Part shown: positions 46,427-56,350 of the stretch, piece by piece | Layout: the number at the start of each line of letters is the position of its first letter | Position numbering within the stretch: the first letter of the stretch is position 1 | IMG/VR virus record: IMGVR_UViG_3300036770_007547 | Location: 1-64,000 of that record | Direction: 5' to 3' (one strand) | Length of the DNA: 64,000 nt | The notes under the pieces: model-generated | Told to the model about the DNA's origin: nothing | The model's database searches: none | What the model saw: the letters and a program-made list of their open reading frames with translations, nothing else | Made by a program: the position numbers and the translations under genes

Positions 46427-48370
46427 TTAATTCTGGGCTGTTGAGGTGTTTTTGGACTGGGATTTCCGTGCCCCAAAACCGCCTGCCATCCTGCTCACCA
46501 GCTTGGCGCGACCAGCCGGCGTGGCCAACACCCACCCTTCTTGACCGGGCTGTTGTTGATCCAGCTGGCGTTGTAGATCGATTTTGAGACGATGCACTAG
46601 ATTCCATGTGTCAAACGCTGCTTGCATGCCCTGCAAGTTGGCGCCTGTGAGATACTCGGCTATGTTGCGATATTTTTGTGGGGTCACGTTGGCCTCGAGC
46701 CATTTACCAAAGTCGGCCGGAGTGGCACGACTGTAATCTGTGCCTTTGAGGCTGTTGATGAATCGTTCCATCAATGCCGGGAGATCTGTGATTCGTTGAT
46801 CCCTCAGCGCAGTGGGATTGAAAAGACTGTTCATGGCCTGGGCACTGGTGCCCGAGCTCAATGCCTTGATCTGTTGCACCAACTGTTGATTGGGTTCTAG
46901 GTTTTTCAATCCCGGAACAGTGGCGCCGGCCACCATGAGTCCAGGCACCGACTTCAGCATGGCACCGGGATCGGTCACAGGTTGTTCGGCGCCCGCAGGA
47001 TCATCCATGCGTGTGTGTATGGCCAATCCTATGCGGCTGTTGCGTATGCGGCGACCCAACTCGCTGTCACGTGGAATACGATACACTATGCCGTCGTGTT
47101 TGTTGGGCTGGAAAACCAAGCGTCCATCTTCATCGCGCACCGGATCCGACGAGCTGTACAACAAGTCACCTTTGAGATAACCACGAAAGTCCCGGGGTGT
47201 GGCAGCTTCGAGATAGGGCCAAAGCTCGCGGTACACCGGCACCAGTTTTTCCACGCGATCAGCGGCTTTGCCTTGTGCGGCTGCTCGCTCATCTCGCTGT
47301 GCCATGATGGATGCTATTTCATCGGGACTTTTTGCCAGGCCCGATCCGCCAGCGGCTGCTGCACCACCTTTGTCGGTGAGCATGAATTGGCCACGGTCGT
47401 CACGACCAAATATCACAGCCGGGCTGCCATCCCACTTGATGGTGGCATGCTGTTCGCTGTTTTTGGCCGTGTCATTCACGATGGCCAAGGCTTCTTGTGC
47501 GCCTGCTGCACCTTTCTGGAACACTAGATCTTCTATGTAGGGTATGCGTGGACTTTTGGATTCCTGGAGACGTTGATTTTCCACCAGGGGCTGCATGCCT
47601 TGATTCACGATCCTGTCACGCAAACGCGCCATGATGTTGACTTCGTTGTATTCGGTGTAGACGTCTGTGGTCTCTGCTATGGGAGTTCCAGCCCGTTCCA
47701 TGTGATCTCGAAAGTCAGCCAACTTGGCATCTCGCTGGGCATCGTTTTTGAGCGCGGCCATGATGGTCTCCACGGATCGAAGATCTTTGGCCGTGGCCTG
47801 TGGATTCAACAGCATCTTGGCTATCTTATCGGGATCGTCGGTGATCAATTCATTGGTGGATCTATCCATCAACCCGGTGTTTTGATTGAGTTTGTAGCCC
47901 AGGGCCTTGCCCACGCTGTTGATGAGTATGTTGCGGCTGGCACCTTTGAAATCACTGTCGGGCGGTGATCCTGCCAGCATAAACTTGGCCCATTCCATCT
48001 TGGGCACAAACATAAAGTCGGTTTGGACGAATCCCGAATCAGCGCGGCCACGTATGGGTGTGAGGAAATGCACTGATATGCCGGACTTTTTGACCCAATC
48101 TCGCGGATCCTGGCCGTGCTGGGTCACATAGTCCGACAGCAGTCGTGCCAATTCGTCTTTTGACATCTGATTGGAATCCACGCCCAGGTCAAGGTCGCCT
48201 GAGGTGGGCTTCTGCCCGGTACTGCCCAGCATGTTTGCCTGCAAGGGAAGACCAGTCACAGTCTCCAACCAACTCACTGTGGGCTTGATGTCTGCTAGAT
48301 TGATGCGTTGGGTGCGAGCATTTCCCTGGGCATCACGGAATACATTTCCACCTTCATTCAGATTCTGCAC
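46427..48370 (-). CDS. Pol-beta-type nucleotidyltransferase fused to ATP-dependent RNA-ligase-like domain
   Basis: LGSTG...GDLD...QTD; KWDG, KGDLL, EGWV, KLVSR. Confidence 0.75.
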   Translation of the reverse strand: MQNLNEGGNVFRDAQGNARTQRINLADIKPTVSWLETVTGLPLQANMLGSTGQKPTSGDLDLGVDSNQMSKDELARLLSDYVTQHGQDPRDWVKKSGISVHFLTPIRGRADSGFVQTDFMFVPKMEWAKFMLAGSPPDSDFKGASRNILINSVGKALGYKLNQNTGLMDRSTNELITDDPDKIAKMLLNPQATAKDLRSVETIMAALKNDAQRDAKLADFRDHMERAGTPIAETTDVYTEYNEVNIMARLRDRIVNQGMQPLVENQRLQESKSPRIPYIEDLVFQKGAAGAQEALAIVNDTAKNSEQHATIKWDGSPAVIFGRDDRGQFMLTDKGGAAAAGGSGLAKSPDEIASIMAQRDERAAAQGKAADRVEKLVPVYRELWPYLEAATPRDFRGYLKGDLLYSSSDPVRDEDGRLVFQPNKHDGIVYRIPRDSELGRRIRNSRIGLAIHTRMDDPAGAEQPVTDPGAMLKSVPGLMVAGATVPGLKNLEPNQQLVQQIKALSSGTSAQAMNSLFNPTALRDQRITDLPALMERFINSLKGTDYSRATPADFGKWLEANVTPQKYRNIAEYLTGANLQGMQAAFDTWNLVHRLKIDLQRQLDQQQPGQEGWVLATPAGRAKLVSRMAGGFGARKSQSKNTSTAQN

Positions 48371-48611
48371 GTCGAACGGTCCTTACAAATTTGGTGGGAT
48401 CTCGGTCACGTATGGCATTCAATAATTTACGAGCGAGGTTTTCGGCTTGATCGGGCGGAAAGCTGGTTTCGATTTGTTCGATCAATCTAATGGCCGATGC
48501 GATGATGTTGCTGGCCCGGCTCTCGATGATGTAACGGCGATCTCGATCTGCGTATTTGTTTTCGTAGATCGTGTCCAGTTCTTCGAGGATGCTCCGTGTC
48601 TTTTTTTGCAT
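48354..48611 (-). CDS. hypothetical late protein
   Basis: KTRSILEEL; AATAAATA upstream. Confidence 0.75.
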   Translation of the reverse strand: MQKKTRSILEELDTIYENKYADRDRRYIIESRASNIIASAIRLIEQIETSFPPDQAENLARKLLNAIRDRDPTKFVRTVRRAESE

Positions 48612-48630
48612 GATTTTGGCCCCGATATAT

Positions 48631-49716
48631 TTATTGATTCTCGGGCGCCAAATAAACTGCCTTTATTAACGCACCACCGGTGTCGCGTATTTCCTGTGGC
48701 CAGCTTTCGACCATGTCCCAGCAACGATCGCGAACATGGTCAGACATGAGCAGGTCACGATTGGCCAGCAGTCGCGGCATCATGCTTGATCTCAGCTGGG
48801 CCGCACGCTCTCGATCCCGCAACAGATCTAGATTGGATTTCACGGCCCACCAACAGCGTTCAAACAGCGTGTCACGATACTGATAGCTGTGATCTATCAC
48901 ATCATCAAAGATGTCAAATCCCAGTTTCTCCCATTCAGCGGCTTGACCATAACCACCCACCCATATAGGAAGCGTGAGCCCCATCACGGAGAACGCGGTT
49001 TTTTCTGTGAATACTGCACCTCGATCATAGGCCACCGATTCGGTGATGAGAGATATCGCAGATTTTTCAAAAATGTCATGCAGGCCATTCACCCAACTCC
49101 AGGTATTGCCACCATAGTATTTCCAGCTGAGCGGGTCATCTTTGTCTTTGTCGGGATTTTCCGGGGGCATTTCGCCGGTGTATTCGATCCAACGCTGGGG
49201 CAATTCCACTGGTGCCAACAAAAATCCCCGCTGTCGTTGTGTCATCATGTCTTGCCAATCCAATGACTCCAGTTCTTGTATGATGGTGCTCATGTCGTAG
49301 CCACGGAACTTGCCGCTGTACGAATATGTGCAGTCCAGATCAAACATTTCCTGCAGTTTGAGCATGAGATAACGATTCACTTGCTTTTTGTTGATCATGA
49401 AATTGCAGGCGTATTCGGTCGTGACCGAATCGATCAAAGGGATGCGATCTTGTCGGAACATGCGTATCTGCTGTACCAACCAAGCCGGACAGGTATACAC
49501 AGGAGGACCACCTGGCCACTCAATGGCGCTCCAGAGATCGTTGACCACGTAACCAGCTCGCCCACGCTGGGGCCAGAATCGATCCAGGGCCGCGGTCTGG
49601 AACGCATCATAGACATGGAAAACATCGTTGCTGTCTATCACATCTACATCATGCAATGTTTCGTGGGGAATAGATGTTTCCCAACCTATGAATGTGGTGA
49701 TGAGTCTAAGTGTCAT
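48631..49716 (-). CDS. GT10-like glycosyltransferase, paralog 2
   Basis: ITES...FTEKT...PIWVGG...GFDIFDDVIDHSY. Confidence 0.6.
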   Translation of the reverse strand: MTLRLITTFIGWETSIPHETLHDVDVIDSNDVFHVYDAFQTAALDRFWPQRGRAGYVVNDLWSAIEWPGGPPVYTCPAWLVQQIRMFRQDRIPLIDSVTTEYACNFMINKKQVNRYLMLKLQEMFDLDCTYSYSGKFRGYDMSTIIQELESLDWQDMMTQRQRGFLLAPVELPQRWIEYTGEMPPENPDKDKDDPLSWKYYGGNTWSWVNGLHDIFEKSAISLITESVAYDRGAVFTEKTAFSVMGLTLPIWVGGYGQAAEWEKLGFDIFDDVIDHSYQYRDTLFERCWWAVKSNLDLLRDRERAAQLRSSMMPRLLANRDLLMSDHVRDRCWDMVESWPQEIRDTGGALIKAVYLAPENQ

Positions 49717-49739
49717 AATGTTTGTATTTATTGACAGTG

Positions 49740-51146
49740 TCAACCAGCTTTGATCTTGCCCAAAAGCTGCTTGAGTTTGGCGCTCTGCACTTCGGCAGTG
49801 ACCTTGCCAGTGTCGGGGTTGTCATCATTATCACCGCTGTCGTTGACACGACTGGTGCTCTTGATACTGTCAAGTATGTTGGGTTTACGCACCATCCCGG
49901 TGCTGCCACTCGAATCCTCTTCGCCTAGGTCGCGTATGCGCAAACTGTCGATGTCAAATTCAAGCTCGACTTTCTGCCCCACGCCCGAACTCGATCGTGT
50001 TTTCATGAGCTGTAGCTGATAGCGCCCGCGTTCGCGCATGGCCCGGCTGGTAAAGATACCAAACACATTGTCTGCGGTGTTGATCTTGGAGATACCCCCG
50101 GAAATGTGACTGTGATCAAACTCGATCTCTTCCACGGCTGCTCGATTCAACTGCGATGCTGTGACAAACAGCACATTGAGTTCTTTGGCTAGATTTCTCA
50201 GTTCTTCGCTCACATACTTGTCTTTGACGAACAAGTCGTTGGGCGATACCTTGGCGCTCACGGGCATCAAGAGATCTAGATAATCGATGCACAAGAAATC
50301 CACGCGCATGCCGGTCTGTATCTGCAGTTCTTTGAGATAGGCCCGTATGTCATTCACAGTGCTCTGTGCCGGCATGTACTTGATTCTCAGTTTACCGGCT
50401 TTCTTGGCCAGCATCTTGATCTTCATCTCCACGGTGTCGAGATCTTTGAAGATGTCTCGAGCCGCGGTATTGGTCATCATGCTGTCGATGCGATATCCGC
50501 AGAGGCCTTCTGATAGTTCCAGCGTGATGTACACGCCCGAAAGCCCGGCTTGCGTCCAGTTCACTGCGAGATTTTGCATGAACAGGCTCTTGCCCGAACC
50601 CGAACCACCTGCAAAGATCTGCAGCTCGCCACGATTGAACCCGCCATACAACAGTTTGTCTAGCGCAGGCCATCCTGTGCTGTTCTGTCCGTTGTTGCTC
50701 TTCAAGGACATCAGCCTCGCTCGCGGGTCATCAAAGTAGTCTGTGCCCATGTCTCGAGTGAGAGATATCTGCACAGCATCCTTGATCAGCTTTTCCACGG
50801 GACCAAAGTCACCTTTTTCCAAGAGATCCGCGCTCTTGAGGATGGCACGTTCCAGCTCCTGCCTGCGGGTAAAGGCTTCAAACTCTTCCATGAACCAATC
50901 GAAGTGCCCGTCGTTGAGATCGGGCACTTCGCTCAATCTGATGCCAGTGGCCGCCGAGATCTGCATGCGGTCGGGCATGGTTTTGTGATCGTCGCAGTGC
51001 TGTTTTATGAACAGCGCGGCCGGTCGTAGACTGCGATCAAAGTTTTCGGGATTGTAGATGTTTTGAACACGCACATAGCTCTGTGCGTCCATCAACATCA
51101 TTTCAAGGAACAGTCGTTGCACATCCACACTGTAGTCTTTTAACAC
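49740..51146 (-). CDS. replicative DnaB/gp41-like helicase
   Basis: GGSGSGKS, ITLELSE, IDYLDL, TASQLNR, MKTR. Confidence 0.95.
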   Translation of the reverse strand: MLKDYSVDVQRLFLEMMLMDAQSYVRVQNIYNPENFDRSLRPAALFIKQHCDDHKTMPDRMQISAATGIRLSEVPDLNDGHFDWFMEEFEAFTRRQELERAILKSADLLEKGDFGPVEKLIKDAVQISLTRDMGTDYFDDPRARLMSLKSNNGQNSTGWPALDKLLYGGFNRGELQIFAGGSGSGKSLFMQNLAVNWTQAGLSGVYITLELSEGLCGYRIDSMMTNTAARDIFKDLDTVEMKIKMLAKKAGKLRIKYMPAQSTVNDIRAYLKELQIQTGMRVDFLCIDYLDLLMPVSAKVSPNDLFVKDKYVSEELRNLAKELNVLFVTASQLNRAAVEEIEFDHSHISGGISKINTADNVFGIFTSRAMRERGRYQLQLMKTRSSSGVGQKVELEFDIDSLRIRDLGEEDSSGSTGMVRKPNILDSIKSTSRVNDSGDNDDNPDTGKVTAEVQSAKLKQLLGKIKAG

Positions 51147-51153
51147 AAAGGCC

Positions 51154-52212
51154 TCACTGATAAAGGAATTCTAGGCACCTCTCACCAAATCTCGCTAGAG
51201 CCTGGTTGGTGCGATCTCGATCGAAAAACCACTGTTGATTGTGCCGACATCGGGCATCAATCTCTTCTGGATACTTATATACCGCTTCTGCCAGCTGTCG
51301 CACAGCTTCGGCGGCTGCTTCGGCCCGGCGACGCGTTTTTCGTATACTGTCATAGCCTTCGTCGCAGAAATCATGCCAGGTCTGGAATCCAAGATCTCGC
51401 AATTTCTGCAGGCAGCCTTGATCCCCGAATATCACGAAAGGTCGTGCTTGTGCCAAGGCCTTCCAGGTCTTTTCGGTGAGATAGGGAGTGACTCCATCGA
51501 AGGCCGTGCTTTCCATGACACAGTACACACGGCTCTGTGCAAACATGTCATGATGCGGTAGATGATCCAGGGCCACGTTTTCGTTGCAGTCATAGAACAA
51601 AGGCAGTGCCCGATAGTTTTCAAAACGATCTATGCCCGCTTTGTTGAACCAAACTTCCAGGCCCAGGTCACCGAATCTTAGATTGGTTTCTAAAACATCC
51701 TGGCGATCATCGGTGACCATGCGTAGATCTCGATAGTGTGACAGTATCTCCAGCATCATCTCCCGATGCGGGTGCAAGTTCCCCACTGGGATCACCACAT
51801 CATAGCGGGCCTGGGACACCGAGGTACGATTGACTTCGTTCCACAACACTGCCGACGAGTATCTCTGCTGTGTGATCAAGTCCCAAAAGTCAAAGCCCAG
51901 GCTGCGGTTTCCATTCTCGTGATGCTCGGCATGTTCTTTTCCAGTGATGATCACAGTGTCTCGAGCCTGGTGCAAAGGGAAACAGTGGAAAGCATGACCT
52001 TCAAACACATTGCCCCACTGTTTCCAGGCAGTAGGATCTTGTCCGCGCCAATCTCTAAACACCGGGCCCCCGGGCTGATCAGAAATCGCTAGATCAGCGA
52101 ATCGTTGCTGTCGGCTGTGCATGGCAGCGATGCCGGCATAGATCCAGCTCTGTGTGTAAAGCCCCCAGTCGGGATTCTGTTGTTTGAGATAGGTCAGCGA
52201 CGTCAGTTTCAT
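51154..52212 (-). CDS. GT10-like glycosyltransferase, paralog 3
   Basis: VMES...LTEKTWKA...PFVIFG...GFQTW...DEGYD. Confidence 0.6.
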   Translation of the reverse strand: MKLTSLTYLKQQNPDWGLYTQSWIYAGIAAMHSRQQRFADLAISDQPGGPVFRDWRGQDPTAWKQWGNVFEGHAFHCFPLHQARDTVIITGKEHAEHHENGNRSLGFDFWDLITQQRYSSAVLWNEVNRTSVSQARYDVVIPVGNLHPHREMMLEILSHYRDLRMVTDDRQDVLETNLRFGDLGLEVWFNKAGIDRFENYRALPLFYDCNENVALDHLPHHDMFAQSRVYCVMESTAFDGVTPYLTEKTWKALAQARPFVIFGDQGCLQKLRDLGFQTWHDFCDEGYDSIRKTRRRAEAAAEAVRQLAEAVYKYPEEIDARCRHNQQWFFDRDRTNQALARFGERCLEFLYQ

Positions 52213-53189
52213 TGGCGCATCCATTTTTTGCGCGATATTTCGATGCGTATGCGCGAAGTCTGTCGATGTTGCATGATCATCATCACTGTGGCCAAGCGAC
52301 CCATGACCTTGACAGCATCGTTGACATCTTTGCAACCCTCGGGCCATTCAGGCATGCTCACAGCCCAGCCCAGTTCCAGGGCGCGGTCCACCAACTTCAT
52401 ACCAGCTTCGTCCTGATCGGGAACCACAGTGATCTCGCGCCCCAGGCTGCGTATCAGTCGCGCCTGCGCATCATTGATCTCGGCATGCAACACAGCCAAA
52501 CCAGAAATGCTGAGTGCATCAAACACTCCTTCCATCACGATCGCATGTTGCCAGTCGGGTCGTTGCAGGTCCGTGCCAAACACATAGCCTGACTGCATGT
52601 CATGGATGTAGCGAGGATTGTGATCATCGAAGAATCTGCGAGTGTGTCCCACTATGCGTCCATCATAGGTAAAAGGTATGATCACTCCTTGCCTGCGCCT
52701 AAATTTGTCACCGGGTTCACCAGTGATCATGCCACAGGGGTAATCCTCGGGCACATGCCTGTCGCGGAGATACTGCCAGTGTATGGGCATGTTCTCATCA
52801 ACGAGAGAAAAGTCTGGTGGTAAATCGCGATCTTCAAACTCTATGCCTTGCAAGATGTTGGCTGTGCGTTGACGGTCATCCAGGATACCCATCACGCTTT
52901 TGTGGCGCAGGCTTTCGAGATTGATGCGTTCGATCTCTTCTTGGGGCACGTTCAACCATGTCAGTAGTCGTCGTGCTTTGAAACTGAGATTCCTGCCCAG
53001 GATGAACGACGCAGTGAAGCCACAGTTGAAACAGTGATAGCTCCAACCTTGGTCTGTGGTCTTGACACCGCCGCGCTGACGTCGATCAGCGCTTTCGCCG
53101 TTGTGTACGCAACAGGGTGCGTTGAAGCTCACCCAACCTGATGCTGTGGATTTTTTCTTGCCAACGATGTATGGGAGTAAATCAATCAC
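52209..53189 (-). CDS. DNA primase (gp61-like)
   Basis: Zn finger PCC...HCFNC; TOPRIM EGVFDA, PDQDEAG, KDVND. Confidence 0.93.
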   Translation of the reverse strand: MIDLLPYIVGKKKSTASGWVSFNAPCCVHNGESADRRQRGGVKTTDQGWSYHCFNCGFTASFILGRNLSFKARRLLTWLNVPQEEIERINLESLRHKSVMGILDDRQRTANILQGIEFEDRDLPPDFSLVDENMPIHWQYLRDRHVPEDYPCGMITGEPGDKFRRRQGVIIPFTYDGRIVGHTRRFFDDHNPRYIHDMQSGYVFGTDLQRPDWQHAIVMEGVFDALSISGLAVLHAEINDAQARLIRSLGREITVVPDQDEAGMKLVDRALELGWAVSMPEWPEGCKDVNDAVKVMGRLATVMMIMQHRQTSRIRIEISRKKWMRQ

Positions 53190-53929
53190 TTGGATAGTGT
53201 AGCATGATCGATCTCTTTGATCAATAGATCACGGATAAGTTGGTGACCTTTTTCATTGGGATGGCCATTTTTGCACCACAGTCCCCGTTTGCCATTGCTG
53301 TTTTCTGGATGTCGGAAAAAGTCGGTCATGAGATCACGATCGTTCCATATCATGGTGTCTAGATCGATCGACGATCTTTGCGGAGAAACGCGAAATTGCA
53401 ACATAGGAATATTGTTGCGAGCCGCCACACCATCAAACAAAAGCACGGTTTGTAGATAGTTCAGTCTTGCTTGTTCGGTTCCCGTGGCCATGGTCAAGTA
53501 TCTTTTGTTGAGTTCTTTCCAATCACGGGGTACCACGTCGTCGGATGCTTCGGTCCAGGCCGAATGTATGAACTTGTTCCAGGGCGGATCATCGGGGTAG
53601 GATCTATGGGCATGATTGTACCAGCTCATGCGATCGGGTTCGGTGTGTGCTGCCAACACCAGGCACTGCGAGGGATCTGATTCGTGTTCCAACCACCACA
53701 AAAACGTCCAAATCTCGCTCTGCAGGCTGCCGCCGGGTATGCCAAAATTTTCCACCGGGACCTGATAGTGTTTTCCCAACAGGCCCAGGAAACAGTGATT
53801 GTTGCGATAGTGGTCGTTTTCAGACCAACAAGAATGTGCTGCGGGTTGTGTTTTTCGCAGTTCGGGATCCAGTAGTTCATCGCCGTACATCCACGAATCA
53901 CCAAACCCCACTATTTTTGTAAACTTCAT
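53186..53929 (-). CDS. SGNH/GDSL-like protein
   Basis: FGDSWMYG, NFGIPGGS, GHPNEKGH. Confidence 0.7.
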   Translation of the reverse strand: MKFTKIVGFGDSWMYGDELLDPELRKTQPAAHSCWSENDHYRNNHCFLGLLGKHYQVPVENFGIPGGSLQSEIWTFLWWLEHESDPSQCLVLAAHTEPDRMSWYNHAHRSYPDDPPWNKFIHSAWTEASDDVVPRDWKELNKRYLTMATGTEQARLNYLQTVLLFDGVAARNNIPMLQFRVSPQRSSIDLDTMIWNDRDLMTDFFRHPENSNGKRGLWCKNGHPNEKGHQLIRDLLIKEIDHATLSK

Positions 53930-54702
53930 CGATAAGTGATGAGATCTATGTTGCCATCGGTGATATCAAGCTCTAGCCTCAGCAAGGGATGGAATCCAGA
54001 TACATTGATGCCACGGCGTTGCGTGTTTGAATCCAAGGACAGTTGTTCCACAGTGTTGCCCGACTCTAGGTCTTGGAACGGGATGGTGTACCATTCACCA
54101 TCGGTGGTGGTGGCGCCTTGTACCTGCAAGCTGCCAGTGAATGTGTTGGTGTCGATCTGGAACGTGGTCAGGCGTGTGCCATCGGTGTTCAGTGTGCTGG
54201 AATAGTAGATGCTGGAGTCGGGGGCTTGATCCGGTATGGTGAGCACACGGCTGGCCACGAACGAGGGGAACACCGAATCCACGATGTTTACCACACCACG
54301 AGCTCCGCTGTTGTCGTCTACAAACACCGGTCGATCCAACACGCCCGATGCCATGGAGATGCTGTAACTGGCTAGATCAGGTTCGAGATTCAAGGTCTCG
54401 GCTGCGGTCACAGTGACCTTGGCCCGACCTGCAGTGGCACTGAGGACGTCTAGATCTTTGGCCAACAACAGTTGTTCACCATTTTGACTGATCACGCGGA
54501 AGGTGAACGTGGCTCCCGAGATGTTGACCGGCTTTTGATCTTGATTCAAGAACTGGAACAACAGTACATTGTCCACACCTCGGTTTATGGTTAAATTTTT
54601 GGCATACACAGGATTCCACCTCCGGTCAAAATAGCTGCCCGACACGTCAACCAAAAGTACAGTCTGGATTTGTTGATATAAATAGGCAGGGGTCGAGTAC
54701 AT
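53926..54702 (-). CDS. beta-sandwich virion protein (BppU-like N-terminus)
   Basis: RGVDNVLLFQFLNQDQKPVNI; CATAAATA upstream. Confidence 0.65.
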   Translation of the reverse strand: MYSTPAYLYQQIQTVLLVDVSGSYFDRRWNPVYAKNLTINRGVDNVLLFQFLNQDQKPVNISGATFTFRVISQNGEQLLLAKDLDVLSATAGRAKVTVTAAETLNLEPDLASYSISMASGVLDRPVFVDDNSGARGVVNIVDSVFPSFVASRVLTIPDQAPDSSIYYSSTLNTDGTRLTTFQIDTNTFTGSLQVQGATTTDGEWYTIPFQDLESGNTVEQLSLDSNTQRRGINVSGFHPLLRLELDITDGNIDLITYR

Positions 54703-54723
54703 AGGGATCTCCAACTGATATTT

Positions 54724-55101
54724 ATGGGCGAAAACATTTTAAAAACATTGAGCGAACGCTACCCCTTCATGACCATATGTGTTCATGCTGGAAACGAATA
54801 CATCGGGATCATACAAAACCGAGACGAAACAGTGACCACCTTGTATGACTTTGGTGCCATAACCAGCGAGCCTTTGAAGGAAGCCTATCTCGAACTGGCC
54901 TCGGATTGGTGGTGGGAAAGCAATCACAGCATACCCATAAACATTTTCCTCAAAACAGAATGGGACCCTTTCCGTTTCTGTCTGCGCACATTCAGCAACA
55001 AGGACCTAGAAATAATACACGGGCCTGTTTGCAGCATCAATGACATCAGTCGCCGGCGCAGTAAACGTCGCAGCATCACGCTGGTGCGTTATTCAGACTG
55101 A
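54724..55101 (+). CDS. hypothetical phage protein
   Basis: YPFMT, WWWESN..IPINIFL; TATAAATA upstream. Confidence 0.75.
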   Translation: MGENILKTLSERYPFMTICVHAGNEYIGIIQNRDETVTTLYDFGAITSEPLKEAYLELASDWWWESNHSIPINIFLKTEWDPFRFCLRTFSNKDLEIIHGPVCSINDISRRRSKRRSITLVRYSD

Positions 55102-55652
55102 TCCAACAAGTTCATGTGCAGGGCCACCAAATGGGCATAGCCCAGGGCATGGCTTTTCTTGAACACGAAACCGCGACTGTGATCACCGTCCCATACCGAA
55201 GCAAACACTTGGTCCCAGGGCTGATTCTGTAGATGTGCCTTGCCCGGGCGTATCACGGATATAAAAGCCGCCATGCGTGGTATAGAATCTGGTCGCATGG
55301 ATGCCAAGAGAGCATCATAATTTCCAATGTGTGCGATTTTCTCGGCCCAGACCGGATCTTTCCATAACCTCTGCCAGTTTGGTTCGCGATCCATCATGGC
55401 TTGATAGTGTTCGGCATCTCGCACCAGCTGATACACGCTCATGTTCAAGAGATCGATCTTGAAGTACCCGCGGCGATCGGCTTCGTCATAGGTGATGCTG
55501 GCACATCCGTTCACAGCATCATAGGGTATCCCGGTCACATACACACCGCTGTTGTGGTGTCGTCCGCTGGCGTCCAGCCTCGCAGGTATGCACCTCACAA
55601 GGTCAATCACTTGTTGTCGATCTGCTAGATCGATGTCAATGTCTGCGCTCAT
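55089..55652 (-). CDS. minimal family-C DNA polymerase (DnaE palm-like) protein
   Basis: ADIDID, HNSGV, FKIDLL, IRPG, FKKSHALGY in 187 aa. Confidence 0.8.
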   Translation of the reverse strand: MSADIDIDLADRQQVIDLVRCIPARLDASGRHHNSGVYVTGIPYDAVNGCASITYDEADRRGYFKIDLLNMSVYQLVRDAEHYQAMMDREPNWQRLWKDPVWAEKIAHIGNYDALLASMRPDSIPRMAAFISVIRPGKAHLQNQPWDQVFASVWDGDHSRGFVFKKSHALGYAHLVALHMNLLDQSE

Positions 55653-56350
55653 TACCAACCGGCCTTGGACAAAATTTCTCGAGCATATTCACGATCAGCG
55701 GGATATTCACGGAATCTGCGATCCCAGTAGTCAGCATCGATCCAGGGCCATATCATGGTCAGTTGCTCGGGATTGATGCGATTGAGATATCCTTGCCCGC
55801 TTTCACAATTATACAGCACCCAGGCACTGATGCGACCAGTGGTGATGGCAAAGGCGATGGCGTTGTCGTTGCCAAATCTCAGATAGTCGTGTGCGGGATT
55901 TTCAGTGTCATCTTGCCAACACATGCCATGCTCCACGGCTCGGGACAAGGCATCGTTGACATGCTCGGTTCGCAGATACTGGTACAACCACTCGCTGTAA
56001 ATGCTGTCTCGGCACCAATGATCGAGTTTTTTGTTTTCGCGTATCAACCAGTCAGTGAATCTGGGCACATTGATGGCTCGTATTTTCTGACAGTGACGGC
56101 CAAACTTCACGAAGGCACGATAATACGACGAGGCCGCGAAGTCTTCCCAGTTGCGGCTGCGACAACTACCTTGCGTGATTTCATAGAATCTCTGATAGGC
56201 CTTGAGCCCGATGTTTACCCCCACTTCGTCGCGTTCTTGATGTCGACGTTTGGGTTCGCACATGTGAACCAGCAGACTGCCTTCGCGCCGGAAACTGCGC
56301 TGGCAATGCTGGCACTGATACTCAGTCGTTGGCGCCGTGATCGCGTTCAT
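55652..56350 (-). CDS. protein with N-terminal C2H2-like zinc finger
   Basis: YQCQHCQRSFRREGSLLVHMC. Confidence 0.75.
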   Translation of the reverse strand: MNAITAPTTEYQCQHCQRSFRREGSLLVHMCEPKRRHQERDEVGVNIGLKAYQRFYEITQGSCRSRNWEDFAASSYYRAFVKFGRHCQKIRAINVPRFTDWLIRENKKLDHWCRDSIYSEWLYQYLRTEHVNDALSRAVEHGMCWQDDTENPAHDYLRFGNDNAIAFAITTGRISAWVLYNCESGQGYLNRINPEQLTMIWPWIDADYWDRRFREYPADREYAREILSKAGW

